DNA from: Candidatus Beckwithbacteria bacterium
GTDB taxonomy: Bacteria; Patescibacteriota; Microgenomatia; UBA1400; CG1-02-47-37
Reading direction: 5' to 3'
NCBI GenBank assembly: GCA_043803225.1
Contig: JAZDKF010000012.1
Coordinates: 54,143-118,142 of the forward strand
DNA: 64,000 nucleotides
In this document: positions 50,123 to 59,901 of the stretch, one piece after another
Layout of the letters: each line of letters opens with the position of its first letter
Numbering within the stretch: position 1 is the first letter of the stretch
Notes under the pieces: model-generated
What the model was told of the DNA's origin: nothing
Seen by the model: only the letters and a program-made list of their open reading frames with translations
Database searches by the model: none
Translations under genes and position numbers: made by a program

Positions 50123-51332
50123 TTTAAAAACACTAATTCTTTTAGTGTTTATTTTACGATCAGCGCTTTCTTTGTTGCCGCCAATGGCCATCGATCAAAG
50201 TTGTTGGCGTGCCTGGAGCCAAAGACTGGTTGACTTAGGCCCCGCCGAATTTTATTCAGAAACTGTGTTTACCGCTAACCCTCCTGGCTTTCTTTATGTT
50301 TTTTGGCTGCTGGGAGAAATTAAAAATAGTTTATTCCCTCAAATATCTTTTTCTTCTTCCGGCTATGACTGGTTCCTTAAACTGCCCAATAATCTGGCCG
50401 ATATTGCTGCCGGGGTGCTTATTTACCTGTTAATTAAGACAAAAAGGGGAATCGGCATAGCCAAACTTGGGTTTCTTCTTTACACCCTAAATCCAATAAC
50501 TTGGTTTAACTCATCAGTTTATGGCCAATTTGATGGCTCAGCTGCATTTTTTGGTTTACTCGCAGTGTACTTATTATTAACTAAGCGAAAACTATCCTTG
50601 TCTGCTGCTGTTTTCGCCCTCGCCTGGGCCATAAAACCGCAATTGATTGCTTTGGCTCCGGCTTTGGGATTATTAGCTATCTTTCGCTTTAAGCCAATTG
50701 ATTGGTTTAAAGCCGCCTTAGCCTTTATATCAACCACCTTAATAATCTACTGGCCGTTTTTCCCCGGAAATCCTGTTAAGGGGATAATCTCTGTTTTTCA
50801 GCAAATGGCCAACCTTTACTCTTGCGCTTCCTGTTTTACTTTTAATTTCTGGGGTCTTTGGGGCAATTGGTTCCCCGATACCACTGTATTGCTTGGTCTA
50901 TCGTTTATGTCTTGGGGGATTATTCTTGTCGGCTTGAATCTGATTGTTGTCTTGTTGCTTAAACCGCTTAAACTTCGCTATCGTTTACCCTATCTTTACC
51001 TTACTATTGCGATCTCAATTTTATCCTTTAATATGTTGGTTACCCGAATGCACGAGCGTTATGTTTTTCCCTTTTTTGCCTTTTTCCTTTTAGCTGCCAT
51101 TCTCATGAAATCAAGACTGTTATTTGTTTTTTATCTGATTTTTTCTATTTTTAATACCTTTAATGTTTACTATCCTTACTCTTATTACAATCCGGATTTT
51201 CACTTAACCCCGGCTTTAATTAACTGGCTTAATCAAAACTTTCAGTTGCTGTCCGTAATTGGCTTAGCTATTTATTTGATATTATTAACTCACTTTTTAA
51301 TTACTTTAAAAAGATTAAGAAAAAAATCATGA
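50097..51332 (+). CDS. GT-C membrane mannosyltransferase-like protein
   Basis: NPPGFLY, KLP, YGQFD, KPQ, MHERY. Confidence 0.78.
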   Translation: MNFLKKHFNLKTLILLVFILRSALSLLPPMAIDQSCWRAWSQRLVDLGPAEFYSETVFTANPPGFLYVFWLLGEIKNSLFPQISFSSSGYDWFLKLPNNLADIAAGVLIYLLIKTKRGIGIAKLGFLLYTLNPITWFNSSVYGQFDGSAAFFGLLAVYLLLTKRKLSLSAAVFALAWAIKPQLIALAPALGLLAIFRFKPIDWFKAALAFISTTLIIYWPFFPGNPVKGIISVFQQMANLYSCASCFTFNFWGLWGNWFPDTTVLLGLSFMSWGIILVGLNLIVVLLLKPLKLRYRLPYLYLTIAISILSFNMLVTRMHERYVFPFFAFFLLAAILMKSRLLFVFYLIFSIFNTFNVYYPYSYYNPDFHLTPALINWLNQNFQLLSVIGLAIYLILLTHFLITLKRLRKKS

Positions 51333-52501
51333 AACAAAATCACCTTAAACTGCTGTTTCTTCTCTTTATTATTTCTATTTTCTTCCGCACTTTTCGTCTT
51401 TCACAGCCAAAGGCCTATGTTTTTGACGAGGTTTATCATACTTTTACCGCCCAGGAAATGGCCAAAGGGAACCAGCATGCCTGGGAATGGTGGGTTCCTT
51501 CACCGCCTGGGGTAGCTTATGAATGGACTCATCCGCCTTTAGCTAAACTGGCCATGGCCGGATCAATCAGCTTATTGGGTGATCGTAGTTTTGCCTGGCG
51601 TTTTCCCAGTGCGGTTTTCGGCACCTTATCAGTTGCCGTAGTTTATTTTATTGGTAAACAATTATTTAAAAACAATCATCTCGCTCTTTTAGCCGCCGCG
51701 ATTTTTAGTTTTGACGGCCTGCAATTAACTATGTCTCGAGTCGGCATGGCCGACAGCCTTTTAACCCTATTAATGCTTCTGGCCTGTTTATTTTTTTATC
51801 AGTCAAAATTCCGCTTAACCGGAATTTTTCTGGGATTAGCTTTAGCCACCAAATGGTCAGCTGTTTTGCTGTATCCGGTCTTTGGTATCTTATTATTGCC
51901 TAAAATAATTAAAAATACCCAGAAAGTTAAGTTTTTCTTCCAGCTGGCTTATAGCTTTTTGCTTACGCCTTTAGTAATTTATTTTTTAACCTTTATTCCT
52001 TTTTTTAATACCGGACATACTTTAGCTCAGTGGTGGGAACTGCAAAGACAAATGTATTATTATCACTCCCACTTAAACGCCACTCATCAGTACCAATCAA
52101 TGGCTTGGCAGTGGCCGCTTCTTGTCCGGCCGGTTTGGTTTTATGTGGATTATGCGAAAAATTCAATTGCTAATATTTATAATCTCGGCAACCCGGCAAT
52201 TTTCTGGGGCGGGTTAGTCGCTTTATTTTTTAGCCGCAATTTTACTTTATTAATCTCTTACTTTCTCCTTTTTTTCCCTTTTGTCTTTTCTCCCCGGATT
52301 ATGTTTTTACACCACTATCTGCCTGCTTTGCCGTTTTTGTGTCTGATTATTGCCCAGGCAATTTATCAGCATAAATTACTGGCAAAGTATTACCTCCTAT
52401 TAGTTATCCTGTTATTTTTATTCTTCTATCCCCTTAATACTGCCATTTCTTTACCGGTGAATTTAGTTAAATATTGGTTTTGGCTGCCAACTTGGAAGTA
52501 A
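51329..52501 (+). CDS. Protein O-mannosyltransferase (PMT/GT39)
   Basis: FDEVYH, HPPLAK, WRF, TKWS, H.YQS..WQWP, GNP, FLHHYLP. Confidence 0.88.
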   Translation: MKQNHLKLLFLLFIISIFFRTFRLSQPKAYVFDEVYHTFTAQEMAKGNQHAWEWWVPSPPGVAYEWTHPPLAKLAMAGSISLLGDRSFAWRFPSAVFGTLSVAVVYFIGKQLFKNNHLALLAAAIFSFDGLQLTMSRVGMADSLLTLLMLLACLFFYQSKFRLTGIFLGLALATKWSAVLLYPVFGILLLPKIIKNTQKVKFFFQLAYSFLLTPLVIYFLTFIPFFNTGHTLAQWWELQRQMYYYHSHLNATHQYQSMAWQWPLLVRPVWFYVDYAKNSIANIYNLGNPAIFWGGLVALFFSRNFTLLISYFLLFFPFVFSPRIMFLHHYLPALPFLCLIIAQAIYQHKLLAKYYLLLVILLFLFFYPLNTAISLPVNLVKYWFWLPTWK

Positions 52502-52506
52502 GTAAA

Positions 52507-53211
52507 ATGAAACAATTTAAACAATTATCAATATTTTTTCCTGCGTTCAACGAAGAGTTTGTGATTCAGAAAACAATCGCTGCTGCAATCAAGGTCGCCC
52601 GGGAAGTTGCCGAAACTTATGAGATTATCGTGATTAACGACGGTTCAACTGACAGAACCGGGGAGATGATTGAAGCCATGATCAGCCGCAATCCTAGCAT
52701 TAGACTTATCTCTCACCCTATTAATCAGGGTTATGGCGCGGCGATAAAATCTGGCCTTGCGGCCGTCCGTTATCCGTGGGTAATTGCCTGTGATTCTGAC
52801 GGCCAGTTTGATTTAACCGAAATAAAAAAATTTACTCCCTATATGAACAACCACGATTTAATTATTGGTTATCGTTTAAAAAGGAGCGACAGCCGCTATC
52901 GTCGCTTCATGGCATTTATTCTGAAACTGGTTAACTTAATCTTGTTTAAAATAAATTTTAAAGATATTGATTGCGGCTTTAAGTTGTTTAAAAAAGAAGT
53001 GATTGCCGCGGTGGGCCCCCTAGCTACTAATAGTGCCATTACTGTTACCGAATTTATTGCTAAATCCCTTCATCAGGGTTTTAAGATTAAAGAAATTGGC
53101 GTCCACCATCATAGCCGTTCTGGTGGTCAACAAACCGGAGGTAAGCCTTCAGTGGTTATTAAAGGCGCCAAAGAAGCGATTAGGCTTTGGTTAAAACAAC
53201 AGCGCCCCTAA
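52507..53211 (+). CDS. GT2 polyprenol-phosphate glycosyltransferase
   Basis: PAFNEE, NDGSTD, GYGAA, DSDGQ, DIDCGFKL. Confidence 0.88.
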   Translation: MKQFKQLSIFFPAFNEEFVIQKTIAAAIKVAREVAETYEIIVINDGSTDRTGEMIEAMISRNPSIRLISHPINQGYGAAIKSGLAAVRYPWVIACDSDGQFDLTEIKKFTPYMNNHDLIIGYRLKRSDSRYRRFMAFILKLVNLILFKINFKDIDCGFKLFKKEVIAAVGPLATNSAITVTEFIAKSLHQGFKIKEIGVHHHSRSGGQQTGGKPSVVIKGAKEAIRLWLKQQRP

Positions 53212-53883
53212 GATTAACAGCAGTCCGATTGAAACTCCTAAAACTACGCCGGTAGTGCTGCCTGCCTGGGGCAGTTCCGGCTGGCCGCCTTTAGTCTGCG
53301 CCACTAAAGTTGGCGAAGGCATTGTTCCGCCTTTAGCTATTGATGAAGGCGAGGGGGATAATAAGCCTGTGGGACAACTGCAGTCTGTTTCTTCGCTGCA
53401 GTTGGGATTAACACAGCGCTTATCGCTTCCTACGGTCAGACATCTTAAATTATCGCTGCATTCACTGTCATTCTCGCATTCATCAAAACAGCCGATTAGT
53501 TGAGGCGAAGCCGATGGTGATGGGGAAGGCGAAAGGCTCGGACTTGGTGAAGGCGACCCAGACGGGCTGGGACTCGGACTTGGGGAAGGTGACGGTGAAG
53601 GCGACCCCGATGGGCTCGGCGAAAGGCTCGGACTTGGTGAAGGTGAACCCCCCACTGTAAAACTTAACTCGCAAACTCCTTCGGTTTTGACTTCTTCAAC
53701 CGGCACGGTTTGAGGCTTAGTTGTTGGTTTAGGCGTTGGTGCCGGTGTTGGTTTTTTTAACTGGAAGAACAGGACTATGGCCGTAATCAGCAGAATTGCG
53801 GTAAATCCCAGCAAGCCCCACAACAGCCACTTTTTGTCTTTTTTGGTATTAGCAATAGTAGTATTAGTGTTTATCTGTTCCAT
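53191..53883 (-). CDS. Ser/Pro-repeat surface protein with Cys-rich module and LPxAG + TM tail
   Basis: N-terminal TM, long SP tract, eight-Cys module, ELPQAG + hydrophobic end. Confidence 0.8.
   Translation of the reverse strand: MEQINTNTTIANTKKDKKWLLWGLLGFTAILLITAIVLFFQLKKPTPAPTPKPTTKPQTVPVEEVKTEGVCELSFTVGGSPSPSPSLSPSPSGSPSPSPSPSPSPSPSGSPSPSPSLSPSPSPSASPQLIGCFDECENDSECSDNLRCLTVGSDKRCVNPNCSEETDCSCPTGLLSPSPSSIAKGGTMPSPTLVAQTKGGQPELPQAGSTTGVVLGVSIGLLLILGALLF
53528..53643. repeat. Coding direct repeat in the Ser-Pro tract
   Basis: 26-bp GGCGAAAGGCTCGGACTTGGTGAAGG at 53528-53553 and 53618-53643. Confidence 0.85.
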
Positions 53884-55085
53884 CTTAAATCCCCTGGCAC
53901 CCCAGGCTGTTGAGATATATTAGCTTTGCCCCACTCAGTGCAGTAAGTTTTAGAGCTGCTCCAGCAGACCCGGCACTGGACTGTCCAAATACCGCTTTGA
54001 TTAATAACCATTTGCTTGCTGGCTTTATTATTCATAGTTGCATAAGACATATTGATTGGGTAAGCAGTTGGATCTTCGATATACTCGGCTGTTCCGACTT
54101 TATGCCTAAAATATGCTACCGGCCCCGGCACTATGGAAAAATTCATTCCCTCACAGGTAAATGTGACCGTGTCATTTAACTGCGGTGCCGCCACGTCTTT
54201 GGTTAAACTCACACAGGTTAAGGGAGGGGAGTACGGCGGCTCTGACGGGCTTGGCGACGGGCTTGTTCCTGCTGATGGGCTCGGGCTACTAGCCGAGCCG
54301 CAATTACAATCAGGGTCTTGAGGGCATTGAGGGTTAACGCAGACATTATTTATACATGACGATCCTTGGCAAGTCCACTGATATATACCATCTATATTTA
54401 CCATACATGATTCGCCACACAAGCGAGGAGGTATTGTCGATGCTGATGCTGACGGCGACGGCGACGATGATGCTGACGGCGATGGCGATGCTGACGGCTC
54501 CGGTTCTGATGATTGCAACGGCGTCCCTGAACAATCATCAGTCAGGTTTACTGGTTCATCAGTGTTTGGCATCTGACAGTAAACACCATTATTATCAAGC
54601 GGATCAATCTGCCCGCACTCATTGGTTCCCAATGACAAACTTCCGCAGTTAGCTGTTGGACCATAATAGGCATTGTCGTCTTTTTCATCACAAAAGCCGT
54701 CTTCGTGAGTATCACCAGTAGGACAATAAATAATTACACAGTTGCCACTAAAGGAGGCGCCAGCGGTATTTATACAGTTAGTCCCCACTTGCGCACTAAT
54801 CGCTGCTTTTTTCTCTACCCTTGTTTGTTCCCCAATTGACTTCACTCCCAGCATCACTCCGCCCACAATTAACGCTAACATCAGCAACCCGCCAACCAAT
54901 TTTAAACCCTTCTTTTTAACAGTTTTTCCAAATTGGTGTGTCGGTTTGGTTATAATTGGTTCTTCTTTAGGCACTGGGGGGATTGGGGTTAATGGCGGAA
55001 TCGGGGACACTGGTGGAGTTGGCGGCACAGGCGGTGGTGGTGTTGGTGGGATTGGGGGCGGGGGCTGCAGGCCAAAGTTATCCAT
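53871..55085 (-). CDS. Pro-rich, TM-anchored, Cys-rich surface protein
   Basis: Poly-Pro N-tail, TM, three Cys-rich domains separated by S/P linkers. Confidence 0.8.
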   Translation of the reverse strand: MDNFGLQPPPPIPPTPPPPVPPTPPVSPIPPLTPIPPVPKEEPIITKPTHQFGKTVKKKGLKLVGGLLMLALIVGGVMLGVKSIGEQTRVEKKAAISAQVGTNCINTAGASFSGNCVIIYCPTGDTHEDGFCDEKDDNAYYGPTANCGSLSLGTNECGQIDPLDNNGVYCQMPNTDEPVNLTDDCSGTPLQSSEPEPSASPSPSASSSPSPSASASTIPPRLCGESCMVNIDGIYQWTCQGSSCINNVCVNPQCPQDPDCNCGSASSPSPSAGTSPSPSPSEPPYSPPLTCVSLTKDVAAPQLNDTVTFTCEGMNFSIVPGPVAYFRHKVGTAEYIEDPTAYPINMSYATMNNKASKQMVINQSGIWTVQCRVCWSSSKTYCTEWGKANISQQPGVPGDLRWNR

Positions 55086-55103
55086 ATATATGTTTATCTA
55101 TAT

Positions 55104-56429
55104 TTATACACTTTTTTTTAATTTCCAGCCACCGATTAATAAACCAATGCCGGTTAAAATCATCAGCAAGGTCACTTCAAACGTTCCCGGACTAGGCACG
55201 CCGGCATCAGTTGCCGGCATTGACGTTCTTTCTCCTGACGGTGTCGCTGTAATTGCCGGAACGGTTGTTTCTCCGGCTTGGGCAATCACAAAATTTCGAG
55301 ATAAAGTTTGTTCTTCCCCCTGGCTGTCAATATAGCTGATGGTGACTGAATGTTCTCCCGGCTCCAGTCCTGACGGCGGCGTAAACTCCCAGTTGCCGTC
55401 TTCATCGATTGTCGCTGAACCGGTAAAAGTTTCGGGCGAATTAATCTCGATTGCCAAAACTATTCCGCTTGGACCGGTTCCCATAAAGGCCGGTTGGGTG
55501 GCATTAATCACTTCGCCTTCAAACGACGGATTATCTAAAGTCACCTCGCCGCTTTCAGTAGCCACTTCGGAAATCAGCGGATTTAAAGCTTCAAACCCGC
55601 TCTTTTCCGCCACTTGTCCGCCCGGGCTGGCGGTCAGCGATTCGGTTGTCTCCGTTGGGTTAGGCAAACTGGCCACTCTAAAGTCAGCTGACTTGCCCAA
55701 AGTAATATCTGGCACCGGACTGTCATTGGCAGTCGTGGTAATTGCCGAAGCCGTTCCTTGCTGTCCGCCCTGGACTAATAAATTTACAATTGTTGCTTGG
55801 GTGTCATAGGTTAGATAACCGCCCAAATCTATAGTTCTGGCCGTCGCCAGCGATAAGGCCCAGCTGCCTTGGTTTTTTACTAAAGCCGATAAAGGCGCGC
55901 CATTGGCCACGTTAATATAGACCACCACTGCTTCTGCCGGGGTGCCGGCTTGGGACAAGATTGTGCCGTAAATCGGATCTGCCGCCGGCGGATTGCCTAA
56001 GGTAGCTCCGGTGGTTATTTCAAACGGCTTGCCTTTATTATCATACTGTTTATTATTTGACTCGATCTTAAAATAATACTTGGTTTGCGGAGTTAAATTT
56101 TTAGCTGTGACATGGTGGACTTCTGTGCTGACTGCTCCGCCCGACAATTGATCCCGGTCATCTAAAACCGTTTGTTTTAAATCTGTCGGCTGCATGCCCA
56201 GTTTAATTGAGCCGGTGCTGGTTTTCCCGGTAATCCAGGAAACCGAAAAACCCGTGTCGCTGACATTAGTAATTCTGACTTGTTCCGGCGTGCTGGCAGT
56301 TTCGGTTTTCGGTTGTACTCCGCTTCTGGTTTTAAACCAAAAAATTCCCGCCCCGATAAATAGAAATAACAGCAATAAGCCTAATGCCGTGGGGAAGTGA
56401 ATTTTATTGACTTTATTTTTTTGCATCAT
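55104..56429 (-). CDS. Fn3-like + Ig-like surface protein with N- and C-terminal TMs
   Basis: VRITNVSDTGFSVSW, HHV..NLTPQTKYYF, DGNWEFTP..LEPGEH, VPSPG + TM + KLKK. Confidence 0.82.
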   Translation of the reverse strand: MMQKNKVNKIHFPTALGLLLLFLFIGAGIFWFKTRSGVQPKTETASTPEQVRITNVSDTGFSVSWITGKTSTGSIKLGMQPTDLKQTVLDDRDQLSGGAVSTEVHHVTAKNLTPQTKYYFKIESNNKQYDNKGKPFEITTGATLGNPPAADPIYGTILSQAGTPAEAVVVYINVANGAPLSALVKNQGSWALSLATARTIDLGGYLTYDTQATIVNLLVQGGQQGTASAITTTANDSPVPDITLGKSADFRVASLPNPTETTESLTASPGGQVAEKSGFEALNPLISEVATESGEVTLDNPSFEGEVINATQPAFMGTGPSGIVLAIEINSPETFTGSATIDEDGNWEFTPPSGLEPGEHSVTISYIDSQGEEQTLSRNFVIAQAGETTVPAITATPSGERTSMPATDAGVPSPGTFEVTLLMILTGIGLLIGGWKLKKSV

Positions 56430-56433
56430 AACT

Positions 56434-56772
56434 TTATTCCTGTTGTCCGCTTGGGCTAGCTTCAGCGCTTTGGCTTGCCTCGCCCTGCGGGCTGCTGACC
56501 GGCGGCACCAGTAAAACTGCCGGCTGGGCCGGTTTCAGACTGTCCCAATCAGCGCTGGGAACTGCTTCCCTCCGGCTGATCATTTTCATTGTGTCAAGAT
56601 CTAGGGTTGACGTCAAGGGTGTTAGTAGTTTTTTTACCTCCGGCCTAATTTGGCTCTTGGTAAAAGCTTTATAAGTAACCATTCCTAGCCAGACTATGGT
56701 AGTTATGATTGTTAACACCGCCAGTTTGAAAAAATCTTTTTTAAACCTTTGTTCGAAGCGTTCACTGATCAT
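56434..56772 (-). CDS. Single-TM protein in the pilus assembly operon
   Basis: One TM; directly follows pilO. Confidence 0.6.
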   Translation of the reverse strand: MISERFEQRFKKDFFKLAVLTIITTIVWLGMVTYKAFTKSQIRPEVKKLLTPLTSTLDLDTMKMISRREAVPSADWDSLKPAQPAVLLVPPVSSPQGEASQSAEASPSGQQE

Positions 56773-57407
56773 TATTGCCCTCCTGTTAGGGGTAAATAAA
56801 ACCCGGCCAGCTTTAAATTAACGGTAAGTTTGTTGGAAATCTTCGAATTTTTATTGCTCAAACTTAAATCAACAATCGTCAGCAGCCGGTCAATTGCCGC
56901 AATTTTGGTGACAAAGTTTTTTACCTGCTGGTAATTGCCGCTTATAGTTAAGTTTACTGTCAACTCCACCGGCTTGCCTGGCTCTGCTCTTTGGTTTAAT
57001 AAATTAAATTCACCCAAACTGCCTGAGGTAATTTCTACTCCAGCCTGTTGAGCCACCCAGTAAATCTGCCAGACTAATCTTTCAAACCTTTCTGATTCTG
57101 GCAACACTTCTTTAATTTCCGGTAAATTGTTAACAATGGCAGCAAAGTTAGTTTCCGCCGCCTTCAAGCTGACAATCTTTTGGGTCAGCTTGCTGTCAAC
57201 CGTTTCCTGATCGCTGATTTCCCTGTTAAGCGTCGCAATGGTTCTAGAGGTAGGTAGAATCGCTACCATCAGAAAAAAAGCAATCGTAAAAACAGTTAAA
57301 CTGGCCAGGCCGGATACTCTTACATCTGGTTTCTGGGTCCAAAGTTTAAAACGCTTGTAGTATCGGTCATAGTTTCTGGCGATGGTTAATCTTTGATTTA
57401 AGCTCAT
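56772..57407 (-). CDS. pilO: Type IV pilus assembly protein PilO-like
   Basis: TM, coiled coil, LP, ISGNYQQVKNFV..I..IDRLL. Confidence 0.75.
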   Translation of the reverse strand: MSLNQRLTIARNYDRYYKRFKLWTQKPDVRVSGLASLTVFTIAFFLMVAILPTSRTIATLNREISDQETVDSKLTQKIVSLKAAETNFAAIVNNLPEIKEVLPESERFERLVWQIYWVAQQAGVEITSGSLGEFNLLNQRAEPGKPVELTVNLTISGNYQQVKNFVTKIAAIDRLLTIVDLSLSNKNSKISNKLTVNLKLAGFYLPLTGGQ

Positions 57408-57973
57408 TTGTTTTTATACTCTAAGGTCATTTTAAAAATAATTCCGCTGATGTTGCTCTTGCTTGAATCAACACTTTCTAGAGAAACTCCGCTGAACTTT
57501 TGGCTTTCTTGGGCTTTACTTAGCAAGGTCGCCAAGCCTGTTTCTGACAGCACCACGCCCTGCAATCCCACCTCTTCATTATTAATCGTAATCGAGTCAT
57601 AAATCGCGTCCATAGGAGTAATCAAGCTTAATTCATCTAAAACTTCGGTTACCTTAAGACTTTCTGTTTCAGCGGTTTTAACCACCTCCAGCTGTTGTTG
57701 AACCTGTCTGAATTTCGCTTCAAAATCACCAAAGCTTACTACCACCGCCACTTTTTGTTTAATTTTTTCGTTTAAATCAGTCAGTTTTCGGTCTAGGGAA
57801 AACCTGAACAGAAAAGCCAAAATCACCGCCAACTCTACAAACACCACTACATATTTGCCGACTGTCAGCACCCACTTGACTAACTTACCCAGCAAGCCTA
57901 CTTCCCACGGATCTTTTGGTAATAAATTAATTTCTTTACGCTCTTTTTTCCGGGCAGGCATACTTAAGTTCAA
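57404..57973 (-). CDS. pilN: Type IV pilus assembly protein PilN-like
   Basis: EINLLP motif, TM, coiled coil, C-terminal alpha/beta domain. Confidence 0.8.
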   Translation of the reverse strand: MNLSMPARKKERKEINLLPKDPWEVGLLGKLVKWVLTVGKYVVVFVELAVILAFLFRFSLDRKLTDLNEKIKQKVAVVVSFGDFEAKFRQVQQQLEVVKTAETESLKVTEVLDELSLITPMDAIYDSITINNEEVGLQGVVLSETGLATLLSKAQESQKFSGVSLESVDSSKSNISGIIFKMTLEYKNK

Positions 57974-57980
57974 GTATATA

Positions 57981-58229
57981 TTATTTCTTTTTCGTCTGCT
58001 TCTTCAGTCTCATTAATCTGGACTTAAGCCTGGATGCCTTATTTTTATGAATGACTTTTTTCTTGGCGGCTTTATCTAAAGCCGAATAAGCCGCGGTTAT
58101 GGTTTTAGCCGTTTTTTCTTTTCTGGCGAGTTTTACTGCTAGGCGTAATTTTTCCCGGTAAAGATTATTTACCTGAGTTCTTTTTTTATCCTGCTTTAAT
58201 TTTTTTATGGCTGACTTAAGTATAGGCAT
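57981..58229 (-). CDS. rpsT: 30S ribosomal protein S20
   Basis: MPILKSAIK, LDKAAKK.VIHKNKASRLKSRL. Confidence 0.97.
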   Translation of the reverse strand: MPILKSAIKKLKQDKKRTQVNNLYREKLRLAVKLARKEKTAKTITAAYSALDKAAKKKVIHKNKASRLKSRLMRLKKQTKKK

Positions 58230-58266
58230 GGTCTGTATTCTATATATTTGTTATACTCGCGTCAAG

Positions 58267-59901
58267 ATGGTTAGTACAATATTAAATCGCGGCCAAAGCT
58301 TGTTTAACCGGCGCCAGAGTAGCACCCTTTCTGCTGCCAGCATCTTAATGGCGGCGGTGTTTTTATCTAGGATTTTAGGTCTGCTCCGCGACCGGTTTTT
58401 AGCCGGCGCCTTTTTTGATGCCACTACATCCTGGCAGCTGGATATCTACTTTGCCGCCTTTCGGCTTCCCGATATGATTTTTCAGCTTCTGGTAGTCGGC
58501 GCTCTTTCGGCTGCTTTTATTCCGGTTTTTTCTAAGTATTTATTTAAAAAACAAACTGAGGCTTGGCATATTGCCTCTAGTGTTATTACCATTGGTCTGG
58601 TTTTATTTCTTATCCTGGGTTCGGTCTTGGCGATTTTTAGTCTGCCTTTAAGCCGTTTAATTGCCCCTTCGTTTACCCCTGCCAATCTGCAGTTAATGGC
58701 CAATTTAACCCGGGTCTTAATTCTGGCCCAGGCTTTTTTCTTAATCTCTAACTTTTTAACCGGAATTTTACAATCGCATCACTACTTTTTAGTTCCAGCC
58801 TTAGCCCCGGTCGCTTATAACTTAGGCATTATCTTCGGCACAGTTTGTTTAAGCCCGATTTTAGGGATTTACGGTCCGGCTGTCGGCGTTATTCTTGGTG
58901 CCTTTCTTCATTTTTTAGTTCAAGTGCCTTTAACTAAAAGTCTCGGCTTTCGCTATCAGCCAATTATTGACCTTCATCACCCCGGTGTTCGCCGCATTGG
59001 CCGCTTAATGCTGCCGCGGGCGATTGCCTTAGCTGTCAGCCAGATTGAACTGACCGTGGCGGTGTTCTTGGCCACTTCTTTGCCTGCCGGTTCTTTGGCC
59101 ATCTTTTACTTTGCCCAACATTTAAATGCTCTGCCGGTGGGTTTATTTGGCGCCACTATCGGTCAGGCCGCTCTGCCAAGCTTAGCCCAAAACTTTTCCG
59201 TTAAGTCTTTTCTGGCTTCCTTAAACCAAGTTCTTTATTTAAGTCTTCCCGCTGGCATGATTCTTTTAATTCTTCGGCTGCCGATTGTCCGCTTGGCTTT
59301 TGGTACTAAAAACTTTCCTTGGCAAGCCACTCTTTTAACTGGTCAAGCCGTCGCTTTGTTTGCCGTCTCCGTTTTTGCCCAGGCCGCTATTCAAATTTTA
59401 GTTCGCGGCTTTTACGCTCTGTCAAACACCCGCACTCCGCTTTATTTGGCCGCAGTGGCCGTCTTTACCAACGTAGCTTTAAGCTTTGTTTTTGTTTATT
59501 CTTTTGGCTTAGGAATTTTAGGCTTAGCCTTAGCCTTGTCTATTGCCAGCTTTATCCACTCTGGCCTGCTGCTTTTCTTTCTCGCCCGCCAAGTCAATGG
59601 CTTTCCCCGGCCCGACCTGCTTATTCCTTTTATCAAAATGTCTTTTGCTGCTTTAATTACCGGCTTTAGTCTTTGGGTGCCCTTGCGCCTTCTAGACCGC
59701 TATATCTTAAACACCACCAAAACCTTAGATTTGATTATCCTTAGTTTAATTACCGGCTTGATTGGTTTTAGTGTTTACTTACTGCTATCTAAACTATTAA
59801 AAATTAAAGAATTGGACAGTTTTCTTGGGTTAATAAAACGATTTTTGCACTTGCCCAAACTTTTATCTCAAACCGACCAGATCCTTAATAATGAACTCTA
59901 A
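58267..59901 (+). CDS. murJ: Lipid II flippase MurJ
   Basis: SRILGLLRD, AFRLPD, GALSAAFIP, RGFYA..NTRTP; ATG 58267. Confidence 0.93.
   Translation: MVSTILNRGQSLFNRRQSSTLSAASILMAAVFLSRILGLLRDRFLAGAFFDATTSWQLDIYFAAFRLPDMIFQLLVVGALSAAFIPVFSKYLFKKQTEAWHIASSVITIGLVLFLILGSVLAIFSLPLSRLIAPSFTPANLQLMANLTRVLILAQAFFLISNFLTGILQSHHYFLVPALAPVAYNLGIIFGTVCLSPILGIYGPAVGVILGAFLHFLVQVPLTKSLGFRYQPIIDLHHPGVRRIGRLMLPRAIALAVSQIELTVAVFLATSLPAGSLAIFYFAQHLNALPVGLFGATIGQAALPSLAQNFSVKSFLASLNQVLYLSLPAGMILLILRLPIVRLAFGTKNFPWQATLLTGQAVALFAVSVFAQAAIQILVRGFYALSNTRTPLYLAAVAVFTNVALSFVFVYSFGLGILGLALALSIASFIHSGLLLFFLARQVNGFPRPDLLIPFIKMSFAALITGFSLWVPLRLLDRYILNTTKTLDLIILSLITGLIGFSVYLLLSKLLKIKELDSFLGLIKRFLHLPKLLSQTDQILNNEL

Noticed and set aside
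53500-54500. Repeats as a possible CRISPR array or DGR repeats
   Set aside because: In-frame Ser/Pro coding repeats; no spacers, cas genes or reverse transcriptase.
54742-55335. 197-aa Gly-rich + strand ORF (also 22001..22315)
   Set aside because: Mirror of Pro codons on the coding strand.
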